Below are positions 1 to 7,937 of a stretch of DNA of 64,000 nucleotides, in pieces. This stretch comes from Actinomycetota bacterium (GTDB taxonomy: Bacteria; Actinomycetota; UBA4738; HRBIN12), in NCBI GenBank assembly GCA_026003015.1, contig BPGL01000001.1:282297-346296 (forward strand), in the 5' to 3' direction. The notes under the pieces were generated by a model. It did not search any database. It saw only the letters and a list, made by a program, of their open reading frames with translations, and was not told the origin of the DNA. Positions within the stretch are counted from its first letter, which is position 1. Each line of letters begins with the position of its first letter. The translations under genes were made by a program, and so were the position numbers.

Positions 1-105
1 AAGGCCCTCGACGCGCCGCTGTGCTACGCGTGCGGGTCGAAGATGCAGCCGGCTGGCTCGTGCTACGTGTGCCCGAGCTGCGGGAGCACGAGCGGGTGCT
101 CGTGA
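1..105 (+). CDS. nrdJ: Vitamin B12-dependent (class II) ribonucleotide reductase, C-terminal end (partial)
   Basis: Frame 1 reads KALDAPLCYACGSKMQPAGSCYVCPSCGSTSGCS-stop, the CxxC...CxxC zinc ribbon plus terminal GCS typical of actinobacterial NrdJ. Confidence 0.85.
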   Translation, partial: KALDAPLCYACGSKMQPAGSCYVCPSCGSTSGCS

Positions 106-110
106 GCGGG

Positions 111-116
111 TAGGCT
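111..116 (+). promoter_or_regulatory. Putative -10 element (TAGGCT) for a leaderless transcript
   Basis: TANNNT hexamer 6 nt upstream of GTG 123, with no SD. Confidence 0.45.
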
Positions 117-122
117 GCCGGG

Positions 123-587
123 GTGCGATCGGAGGGACGAGCCAAGCTCCTTCGGCTGCACCACGTGCAGCTCGCGATGCCGCCCGGCGAGGAGGAGGCA
201 GCGGTCCTGTTCTACGGCGCCATCCTGGGGCTCACCCAGGTCGAGAAGCCGCCGGAGCTCGCGCCCCGCGGCGGGGTGTGGTTCCGCGAGGGCGAGCTCG
301 AGGTGCACCTCGGGGTCGAGGAGCCGTTCACGCCGGCCTACAAGGCCCACCCGGCGTTCCTCGTGCGCAACCTCGAGACGCTTCGGGAGCGGATCGAGGC
401 GGCGGGCTACCGGGTGACCGACGACGTGCCGCTCGAGGGGTACCTCCGCTGCCACGTGCGCGATCCCTTCGGCAACCGGATCGAGCTCGTGGAGCCGGTC
501 GGCCCCGGCGGCCGGGACGACCGCGACGAGAGCGCCGCCGTCTCGGAGCACGGCCCCGGGGCCAACGGCGCGGCCGAGCCGCCGTGA
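123..587 (+). CDS. VOC/glyoxalase family protein
   Basis: LHHVQL...FYG.ILGL...WF...EVHLG...HPAF.V...RDPFGNRIELVE motifs. Confidence 0.85.
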   Translation: MRSEGRAKLLRLHHVQLAMPPGEEEAAVLFYGAILGLTQVEKPPELAPRGGVWFREGELEVHLGVEEPFTPAYKAHPAFLVRNLETLRERIEAAGYRVTDDVPLEGYLRCHVRDPFGNRIELVEPVGPGGRDDRDESAAVSEHGPGANGAAEPP

Positions 588-591
588 GGCC

Positions 592-1026
592 ATGGACCTG
601 CCGTTCCTGCGCCTGAGGCCCGATGCGGAGCTCCCGCGCCCGCAGCACCCGGGCGACGCCGGACTCGATCTTCGCGCCGCGGAGGGGGTCACCGTCGGCC
701 CGGGGGAGCGGGCGATGGTCCCTACCGGGGTGGCCGTCGAGATCCCCGATGGGCACGCCGGGCTCGTCCTGCCACGCTCGGGCCTCGCGGCGCGCCGCGG
801 CCTCACCCTCGCCAACGCCCCGGGGTTGATCGACGCGGGCTACCGGGGCGAGGTGATCGTCGCCGTCGTGAACCTCGACCGAGAGGAGCCGGTCGTGATC
901 GAGCCCGGCGACCGGATCGCCCAGCTCGTCGTCGTGCCGGTCACCTCGGTGCGGCCCCGCTGGGCCGAGGTCCTGAGCGCCACCCGCCGGGGCGACGGGG
1001 GGTTCGGGTCGACGGGGATCTCGTGA
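592..1026 (+). CDS. dut: dUTP diphosphatase
   Basis: dUTPase motifs GDAGLDL, PRSGLA, GLIDAGYRGE, GDRIAQL, RGDGGFGSTG. Confidence 0.97.
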   Translation: MDLPFLRLRPDAELPRPQHPGDAGLDLRAAEGVTVGPGERAMVPTGVAVEIPDGHAGLVLPRSGLAARRGLTLANAPGLIDAGYRGEVIVAVVNLDREEPVVIEPGDRIAQLVVVPVTSVRPRWAEVLSATRRGDGGFGSTGIS

Positions 1027-1589
1027 GCGGCGACGTCGAGGGCGAGCCCTCCGTGGTGGCCGGCGCGCCGGCGGGGCTCGTTCGGATCGAGCGGAACGCC
1101 GACCGCGCCCGGATCGAGGTCGTCCTGGCCGACGCCTTCGGCACGCGCGAGGTCGGGGCGTTCGTCGACGGCCTGCGCGCGGCGGGGGCCCTCGTCCCGG
1201 GCCTCGTCGCCGAGGTCGACGGCCGCGTCGTCGGCGCGGCGCTCCTCGCGCGGGGCAGCCTGCGGGCCGAGCCCGCTCGGCCGGTCGGCTGGCTCGTGGT
1301 GGTCGCGGTGGAGCGGACCCTGCAGCGCCTCGGGATCGGGACCGCGCTGATCGAGCGGGTGCTCGCGCTCGAGCCCGACGCCCCGATCCTCGCGGCCGGC
1401 CCGCGGCGGCTGCTCGAGCGGTTCGGGTTCGTGCCGCTTGCGCGGGTGGGCCTGGAGCTGCCCGACCCGCCCATCGCCGGGCCGTGGCTCGCGCACGTCC
1501 CCCGCAGCCCGTCGCCCGCCGGCGTCGTGGAGCTGCCGCGGCCCCGCGCGGAGGCGACGCCGGTTGAAGGGGGCGCGGGCGCTGCCTAG
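1023..1589 (+). CDS. GNAT family N-acetyltransferase (divergent)
   Basis: LVAEVDGRVVG and the acetyl-CoA motif VAV...QRLGIGTALI, then RFGF; GTGA overlap with the dut stop. Confidence 0.7.
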   Translation: MSGDVEGEPSVVAGAPAGLVRIERNADRARIEVVLADAFGTREVGAFVDGLRAAGALVPGLVAEVDGRVVGAALLARGSLRAEPARPVGWLVVVAVERTLQRLGIGTALIERVLALEPDAPILAAGPRRLLERFGFVPLARVGLELPDPPIAGPWLAHVPRSPSPAGVVELPRPRAEATPVEGGAGAA

Positions 1590-1601
1590 GATGGGATGCG
1601 C

Positions 1602-1677
<76 letters not shown>

Positions 1678-1846
1678 GGTCAGGGGGGTTGCCGGGCCCT
1701 CTGGGGCGCCGCCGGTCACACGGCGCGTCACGGTCGCTCCGCCGCCGCTGGCGGGTGGCGAGCCCGCCACGATCGCACCTGTAGGGAGCGGGCGTGCTCA
1801 GCCGTTCGTTCTTCGAGGGCCCCGACCCCGGCCAAGACCCAACAGC

Positions 1847-2266
1847 GTGACGCCGCTCACGGCGCCCAGGACGGCGAGCAGGGCCAACCGCGTGCTGCTG
1901 CTCGGTGGAGCCTTCGATGGCGAGGTGCGTGAGACGACCGGCCCGATGGTGATCCAGCAGATCCAGCGGTTCCACGCCGACCATGCGTTCATCTGCATCG
2001 GTGCGATCAGTGCGGATGGGGTCCTGAGCGACTTCAGCCTGGAGGAGGCGCACGTCGCCGCAGCGATGGTCGAGCGCGCAGGGAGCACGACGGTCCTGGC
2101 CGATAGCTCGAAGCTGGGCAAGCTCTCGCTGGTCGAGGTGTGCCGAGCCGAGGACATCGATCGGCTCATCACGGATCGCGCGCTCCCGCCCGACATGGCG
2201 CGCCGCTTCGAGCGGGCGGGTGTCGAGGTGCGCGTGGCGTCGGTCGGCGAAGCGCTGAGCGCTTGA
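1847..2266 (+). pseudogene. Truncated DeoR/GlpR-family regulator (C-terminal sensor-domain fragment only)
   Basis: VLLLGG...TTGP...RFHADHAFI...ADSSKLG...IDRLITD match the DeoR C-terminal domain; no HTH and no first half of the sensor domain upstream. Confidence 0.7.
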
Positions 2267-2381
2267 TCGACAGCCCAGCCCGAACCCGCACCGCAGCGCG
2301 ATCCCCTCGCTCGGTCGCGGTCCTCGCCTCCGGTGACTCGGCGCTAGACTCTGTTGGCGTGCCGGGCGACCGGCGAAGCCC

Positions 2382-2453
2382 GGCGGGGTGGCCGAGTGGT
2401 TGAGGCAGGGGCCTGCAAAGCCCCGCACACCGGTTCGATTCCGGTCCCCGCCT
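2382..2453 (+). tRNA. tRNA-Cys(GCA)
   Basis: GGCGGGG/CCCCGCC acceptor stem, U73 discriminator, anticodon loop CTGCAAA, GGTTCGATTCC; TAGACT at 2345-2350. Confidence 0.95.
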
Positions 2454-2495
2454 CGAGGTGCCCACGCGCTGGGCCCTGCGTAGAATCTGGTCACC

Positions 2496-2567
2496 GGGCG
2501 CTTAGCTCAGGGGGAGAGCGCTTCCTTGACGCGGAAGAGGTCGGAGGTTCAAATCCTCCAGCGCCCA
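2496..2567 (+). tRNA. tRNA-Val(GAC)
   Basis: GGGCGCT acceptor stem, anticodon arm CTTCC-TTGACGC-GGAAG, GGTTCAAATCC; TAGAAT -10 at 2481-2486. Confidence 0.96.
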
Positions 2568-2681
2568 CCGGGAACCGCGACGGCCCCGGATCGTAGGCCG
2601 CGCGGCCTTGCATAGGTTCTCCGCCAGGTCTCCTCCCCGCGCCCTCGTAGCATCCTCGCGGTGGGGTTCACGGCTCGGGGT

Positions 2682-2728
2682 ACGGAAGCGAGCAGGCGCA
2701 CGGAAGCAACCAGCACGGAAGCGACCAG
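2682..2728 (+). repeat. Three imperfect 14-bp direct repeats ACGGAAGC(G/A)A(G/C)CAG immediately upstream of ATG 2729
   Basis: Copies at 2682-2695, 2700-2713 and 2715-2728. Confidence 0.85.
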
Positions 2729-3853
2729 ATGTCGATCGCGCTCACGGAGATCCGCCGCAGCCCCCTTCGGTTCGGCCTGCTGACCGCAGCCGTGGGGCTG
2801 CTGCTCGCGCTCGTGCTGTTCCTCGCCACCGTGGGGGGCGCGCTGCTCAGCCGGATCACCGGCGCGCTCGAGCGTCAGTCGGCTCCGGTGCTCGTGTTCG
2901 CCGTCGAGGCTCGGCGCAACGTCCAGGCGAGCCTGATCGCACCGGGCGTCGCGGAGCGGGTCGCGGCGGTGCCGGGGGTCGCGGCGGTCGCTCCCTGGGT
3001 GACGCGGGGGTTCACCCTGCGAACCGGTGCGGGCCTGCGCGACGGGACCTTGATCGGCTACGAGCCGGGAGGTCCCGGTGCGCCGACGGACATCGTGGAG
3101 GGACGTTTGCCGCGCATGAACGGCGAAGCGGTGCTGAGCGCGCTCGACGCCGAGGCAGGGTTCGAGGTGGGGTCCACCGTGCGCGTGCTCCCCGGAGGAA
3201 GCCCGCTCGAGATCGTCGGTCTCGCCGAGGGCGCCAGCTTCGCCGTGCAGCCGACCCTGTTCACCCCCTACGAGGGCTTCACCGCGATCGCCCGGCGCGC
3301 CTTCCCGGACGCGGGCCCCGTGCTGCCATCGGTCCTCGCGGTGGCGCCGGCGCCGGGCGAGGATCCTGTGGCTCTCGCGCGCCGGATCACCGAGGCGGTC
3401 CCCGGCGTGGAGGCGCTCGATCGTCAGACGGCCGTGGCCTCGGTCCCCGGCACCGACGCGATCCGGTCGTCCCTCGGGCTGCTGCTCGGGCTGGCGTTCG
3501 TGGTGGTCGTCGTCGTGATCGGGTTCTTCTTCCTGATCTTCGCGGTGCAGAAGGCCGACGTGTTCACCCTCCTGCTGGCGATGGGAACGCCCGCTCGGAG
3601 CCTCGTCGGAGGCCTCGCCCTGCAGGTCGTGCTGGTGGTCGGCGTCGGGTCGCTGCTCGCGACCGGCCTGCTCGCCGCGCTCGCGACGACGGGCGACCGC
3701 GCGTTCCCGATCTCCGTCGATCCCGGCCTCGCGCTCGGGACCGGTGCCACGGCCGTCGCGCTGTCGCTGCTCGCGGCCCTGGGCGCCGTCCGGAGGATCG
3801 TGCGGATCGATCCCGCGGCGGCCGTCCGCGGCGGAGGGGGTGAGCTCGCATGA
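2729..3853 (+). CDS. ABC transporter permease (FtsX/MacB-like)
   Basis: N-terminal TM, large extracytoplasmic loop (EGRLP...GEAVL), three C-terminal TMs, ending RIDPAAA. Confidence 0.85.
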   Translation: MSIALTEIRRSPLRFGLLTAAVGLLLALVLFLATVGGALLSRITGALERQSAPVLVFAVEARRNVQASLIAPGVAERVAAVPGVAAVAPWVTRGFTLRTGAGLRDGTLIGYEPGGPGAPTDIVEGRLPRMNGEAVLSALDAEAGFEVGSTVRVLPGGSPLEIVGLAEGASFAVQPTLFTPYEGFTAIARRAFPDAGPVLPSVLAVAPAPGEDPVALARRITEAVPGVEALDRQTAVASVPGTDAIRSSLGLLLGLAFVVVVVVIGFFFLIFAVQKADVFTLLLAMGTPARSLVGGLALQVVLVVGVGSLLATGLLAALATTGDRAFPISVDPGLALGTGATAVALSLLAALGAVRRIVRIDPAAAVRGGGGELA

Positions 3854-4950
3854 GGCCCGCGCGGATCGGCGCGACGGAGGTGCTGCGTCGACCCGGGCGG
3901 TTCGCGATCACGGCGGCGGTGCTCGCTCTGCTCGTCGCGCTGCAGGTGGTGCTGTGGGGGCTGCTCGATGGCCTGACGGGCTCGACCACCGGCGCTTACC
4001 GGGCCCTCGGGGCGGACCTGCTCGTCTACGGGCCGGCGAGCCGCGCCGCCCTGCTCCGTTCGCAGGTGTCCCCCGAGCTGCGGGCCCGCGTCGAGGCCGC
4101 GGACGGTGTCGCGGCGGTCGGCGGCCTGGGGGTCACGCTCACGTGGGGGCGGACCGACGGAGCCCCGGTTCCGACGGATCTGGCGGTGTTCGGCTACGAA
4201 CGGTCGACCGGCCGCCTCCCCGCGCCGCCGCCTCCGGGCGACGGCCTCGCCGACCGCTCGCTCTCGCAGGAGGGGGTCGCGATCGGGGACGTGCTCGCCG
4301 TGGGGCCGCAGGGGGTGCCGATCCGCGTGAGCGGCTGGGTGCAGGACGCGAGCTACCTCGGCCAGCCGGGGCTGTGGGTGGCCCCGGCGACCTGGCGGCG
4401 TGTGCTTGCGACCGCGGCACCCGATCGGGTGCTGCCCGAGGGAACCTGGCAGGCGCTCGTCGTGGACGCCGAGGGCGACGCGGCCGCCGTCGCGGCCCGG
4501 ATCGCCCGTGCGACGGGGGCCGAGGCCCTACCGCTGGACGAGGCGATCTCACGCCTGCCCGGGGTGGAGGCCCAGCGCGCGTCGTTCCTGCAGTTGATCG
4601 GCGCGACGACCCTCGTCGCGGGGCTCGTCGTGGCGCTGTTCTTCGCCCTCATCACGCTGGAGCGGGTGCGGCTGTTCGGCGTGTTGAAGGCGGTCGGGGT
4701 GTCCTCGGCCCAGCTGCTCGGCGCGCTCGCCCTCCAGGCGCTGACCGTGACGGGGGCCGCCTACGCGGTCGGGGTCGCCGCCGCCGTCGCGCTCGCCCGC
4801 GTCGCGCCCGAGGAGGTGCCGATCCGACTCACGGGAGGCCGCGTGCTGTGGGTGGCGCCGGTCCTGGTGGGCACCGCCCTGCTCGGGCTCGCGACGTCGC
4901 TCCGCCGCGTGGTTCGGATCGACCCGGCGACCGCCGTGGTGGGGAGGTAG
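3850..4950 (+). CDS. ABC transporter permease (FtsX/MacB-like), paralogue of the upstream gene
   Basis: Same topology; ERVRLFGVLKAVG motif; ends RIDPATA; ATGA overlap. Confidence 0.85.
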   Translation: MRPARIGATEVLRRPGRFAITAAVLALLVALQVVLWGLLDGLTGSTTGAYRALGADLLVYGPASRAALLRSQVSPELRARVEAADGVAAVGGLGVTLTWGRTDGAPVPTDLAVFGYERSTGRLPAPPPPGDGLADRSLSQEGVAIGDVLAVGPQGVPIRVSGWVQDASYLGQPGLWVAPATWRRVLATAAPDRVLPEGTWQALVVDAEGDAAAVAARIARATGAEALPLDEAISRLPGVEAQRASFLQLIGATTLVAGLVVALFFALITLERVRLFGVLKAVGVSSAQLLGALALQALTVTGAAYAVGVAAAVALARVAPEEVPIRLTGGRVLWVAPVLVGTALLGLATSLRRVVRIDPATAVVGR

Positions 4951-4952
4951 GC

Positions 4953-5624
4953 ATGCCCGCGCTGATGATGGATGAGGTCCGCAAGGTCTACGGTTCGGGG
5001 GAGCAGGCGGTGGTGGCCCTCGACGGGGTCTCGCTCGAGGTCGGCGACGACGAGCTCCTCGCCCTCGTCGGTCCCTCGGGGTCGGGCAAGACGACGTTGC
5101 TGTCGATCGCCGGTGGGCTGCTCCGCCCGACCGATGGAGCCGTCCAGGTGGGCCCGCACCGGATCGAGTCCTACGGTCCCCGGGAGCTCACGCGCTTCCG
5201 TCGCACGGCGGTCGGGTTCGTCTTCCAAGGGGTGAACCTCGTGCCCTTCCTCACCGCGCGGGAGAACCTGCTCGTCGCGGCCGAGATCGCCGGGGTCGAG
5301 CGACGCCGCGCCCGCGCCCGGGCCGAGCAGCTCCTGGGGGAGCTGGGGTTGGCCGGCAAGGAGGACCGGTTGCCGGCGCGGTTGTCGGGCGGGGAGCGCC
5401 AGCGCGTCGCGATCGGTCGGGCGCTCATGAACGAACCGGCGCTCGTGCTGTTCGACGAGCCGACATCGTCGCTGGACAGCCGCCTCGGCGCCCAGGTGAT
5501 GGAGCTGATCCGGGCCGAGGTCAAGGGGCGGGGGACCGCGGCGGTGGTCGTCACCCACGACCTGCCGATGACGCGCTATGCGGACCGGGTGGTCGAGATC
5601 CACGACGGGCGCCTGGTGACCTGA
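4953..5624 (+). CDS. ABC transporter ATP-binding protein (LolD/MacB-like)
   Basis: Walker A GPSGSGKT, signature LSGGERQR, Walker B LFDEPT, VTHD; SD GGGAGG before ATG 4953. Confidence 0.93.
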   Translation: MPALMMDEVRKVYGSGEQAVVALDGVSLEVGDDELLALVGPSGSGKTTLLSIAGGLLRPTDGAVQVGPHRIESYGPRELTRFRRTAVGFVFQGVNLVPFLTARENLLVAAEIAGVERRRARARAEQLLGELGLAGKEDRLPARLSGGERQRVAIGRALMNEPALVLFDEPTSSLDSRLGAQVMELIRAEVKGRGTAAVVVTHDLPMTRYADRVVEIHDGRLVT

Positions 5625-5794
5625 TCCGCGGTCGGCCGCCCTCCGGGCGCCGGGCCTGTCGGTCCGTTGACGAGACCCGCTCAAGCTGCGCCTTTGCATC
5701 GACGGCCATGTCGTGCTGACGGACCCCTGGCGGGCCTTCTCGAGGCGGTGGGAACCAGCCGTCGGGCCCGGTGGAGGCCGGAGGGGGGTGTCCG

Positions 5795-6671
5795 ATGCGT
5801 CGCTTCGTGATCACGTCCGCGGCGGCATCGCTGATCGTGACGCTGCTCGTGCCCGGGTCCGCGCAGGCGGTCGGGGGTGGGGTCGTGGGCGGTCCTGAAG
5901 TGCAAGCTCGCCCACCACGCCTCGGACGACCCGATCGTGTTCCCGGGCCAGCCCGGGGGGTCGCACCTGCACTCGTTCTTCGGTGCCCGCGACGCCAACG
6001 CGTTCTCCACGTACGAGTCGATGCGCGCCGGGGGGACGACCTGCCCGCTCTCAGCCGACACCGCCGGCTACTGGGTCCCGACCCTGCGCGCTCCGACGGG
6101 TGAGCCCGCCCACGTGAAGGTGCTGAACGTCTACTACCGCGCGCCGACCGGCGTCTCGGTGCGGCCCTTCCCGCCGGACCTTCGGATCGTCGCGGGGGGC
6201 GATACGTTCAACCCGCCGGATCCCACGGCGTCGCAGCGCTCGCTGTCGTGGAGCTGCGTCGATCGCGGTCCGTTCTTCACCTCCCCGCCAACGTGCACGC
6301 AGGGCGCCGTGCGGGCGCACATCCACTTCCCGAGCTGCCTCGCGGCCGACCTGCCGACCGACTCGCCCGACCACCGTTCCCACATGGTGTACGGGTCGCG
6401 CGCGCTCTACGGGACGACGTGGTGTCCCTCGGGCTACGTGCCCGTGCCGAGGGTGACGTATCACGTCGTGTACGGGATCACCGACGGCGCCGGGTACCGG
6501 CTCTCCTCGGACATGGACTCCGTCGAGGGCGGACGGACCCTCCACGCGGACTTCTGGAACACCTGGGACCAGGCCGTCCTGGAGTTCCTGGTGGAGCGCT
6601 GCCTGAACGCGGGCGAGAACTGCAAGTCGATGACGGACGACGAGCTCGTCGCTCTCGGCTGGACGGGGTGA
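5795..6671 (+). CDS. Secreted DUF1996-like protein (one frameshift near 5875)
   Basis: Signal peptide MRRFVITSAAASLIVTLLVPGSAQA in one frame; DDPIVFPGQPG.SHLH.FFG, D..GYWVP, FP.C, LHADFWN.W in the next frame; the shift falls in a G-rich run. Confidence 0.8.
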
Positions 6672-6699
6672 GGGGCGCGACCCACCGGGTCGCGGCCCT
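6671..6699. terminator. Hairpin between convergent genes (possible bidirectional terminator)
   Basis: CGCGACCC-ACC-GGGTCGCG stem extended by AGGG/CCCT, lying between the stop codons at 6671 (+) and 6698 (-). Confidence 0.55.
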
Positions 6700-6817
6700 A
6701 CGCCTCCTCGCCGCGCCGACCCTGGAGCGCGACCACGGCCGCGGTCCACAGGGCGAGCGGCACGGCGGATAGCACGCCGAGGAACACCAGGTAGCCGAGC
6801 AGCTCGATCACGACCAT
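6698..6817 (-). CDS. Small 39-aa single-pass membrane protein
   Basis: MVVIELLGYLVFLGVLSAVPLALWTAAVVALQGRRGEEA; strong SD GAGGGAGGAGG 7 nt upstream of the ATG. Confidence 0.55.
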   Translation of the reverse strand: MVVIELLGYLVFLGVLSAVPLALWTAAVVALQGRRGEEA

Positions 6818-7062
6818 CGCGCGGCCTCCTCCCTCGTCGGGACGTCGTCGGGCATCGTAGCGCCCCTTGCGCGGTGCGCCTCGGCCGTGCGACACTCGAG
6901 CCGGCTCCGGGTCGACGCCCGGGGTTGGACGGCGGCGCGACGCGGGCACGCGCCGCCGTCGCCTTGTTCGAGCGGCGCACGCCGTCTCGCCCGAGCGCGC
7001 GCTCGTGTTCCCCGTGCGGCCGAGCCCGCGCAACCTGGCGCTTGCTATCGTGGTCGCACCTC

Positions 7063-7134
7063 GGGCGCGTAGCTCAGCGGGAGAGCGCTCGCCTCACACG
7101 CGAGAGGCCGCTGGTTCGATCCCAGCCGCGCCCA
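7063..7134 (+). tRNA. tRNA-Val(CAC)
   Basis: GGGCGCG acceptor stem, anticodon arm CTCGC-CTCACAC-GCGAG, GGTTCGATCCC; extended -10 TGcTATCGT at 7043-7051. Confidence 0.95.
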
Positions 7135-7194
7135 CCCGCGACGACTGCGCCCCGGGCCGTGACCGTCGACGCCCAGGACGAGGAGGAAGGCAGC

Positions 7195-7935
7195 ATGACC
7201 GTGGCGATCACGCGCGCCGCCGCGCGCGCGGCATCGGTCCGCAAGGTCTACGGCCGGGGCGACGCGGCGGTGGAAGCGCTGCGGGACGTGACCGTGGCCT
7301 TCGGGGAGGGTGAGTTCACCGCGATCATGGGGCCGTCGGGTTCGGGCAAATCGACGCTGCTGCACTGCCTCGCAGGCCTCGACCGGCCGACCTCCGGGCA
7401 GGTGTTCATCGGCGACGTCGACCTCACCACGCTCTCGGACCGCGCGCTCACCGATCTCCGTCGCGACCGGGTCGGGTTCGTCTTCCAGGCGTTCAACCTG
7501 ATCCCGACGCTGTCGGCCGAGGAGAACATCACGCTGCCGGTCGATATCGCCGGACGCAAGGTCGACCGCTCGTGGTTCGACCGGATCGTCGACACGGTCG
7601 GCCTGCGCGACCGGCTCCACCACCGACCGGCGGAGCTGTCCGGGGGCCAGCAGCAGCGCGTCGCGGCGGCTCGGGCCCTCGTGTCGCGCCCGACGATCGT
7701 GTTCGCCGACGAGCCGACCGGCAACCTGGACTCGCGCAGCGGCGAGGAGCTCCTCGGGTTCCTGCGCTCCGCGGTCGACGAGCACGGGCAGACGATCGTG
7801 ATGGTCACCCACGACGCCCGTGCGGCGAGCCACGCCGACCGGGTGGTGTTCCTCGCCGACGGCGACGTGGTCGGCGAGATGCGGGAGCCAACGACCGAGC
7901 GGGTCCTCGACCACCTGAAGTCCCTCGGAGCCTGA
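7195..7935 (+). CDS. ABC transporter ATP-binding protein (LolD/MacB-like)
   Basis: GPSGSGKST, LSGGQQQR, ADEPTGNLD, VTHD; SD GAGGAGG before ATG 7195. Confidence 0.93.
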   Translation: MTVAITRAAARAASVRKVYGRGDAAVEALRDVTVAFGEGEFTAIMGPSGSGKSTLLHCLAGLDRPTSGQVFIGDVDLTTLSDRALTDLRRDRVGFVFQAFNLIPTLSAEENITLPVDIAGRKVDRSWFDRIVDTVGLRDRLHHRPAELSGGQQQRVAAARALVSRPTIVFADEPTGNLDSRSGEELLGFLRSAVDEHGQTIVMVTHDARAASHADRVVFLADGDVVGEMREPTTERVLDHLKSLGA

Positions 7936-7937
7936 GG

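Noticed and set aside
2298-2320. Possible attR copy of the tRNA-Gly 3' end (TCCCCTCGCTCGGTC vs TCCCGTCGTCCGCTC)
   Set aside because: Only about 11 of 15 bases match in GC-rich DNA, which is not distinguishable from chance
2682-2728. Possible mini-CRISPR array
   Set aside because: Repeats are only 14 bp with 1-4 bp between them; no spacers and no cas genes
5700-5765. ZTP (pfl) or c-di-GMP-II riboswitch
   Set aside because: Partial resemblance only (GTCGTGCTGACG, GGTGGGAACCA); the other conserved elements are missing and the downstream gene does not fit
5860-5890. Phase variation or programmed frameshift in the DUF1996-like gene
   Set aside because: The G-runs are short, and similar indels hit housekeeping genes such as pdxS, so sequencing error is more parsimonious
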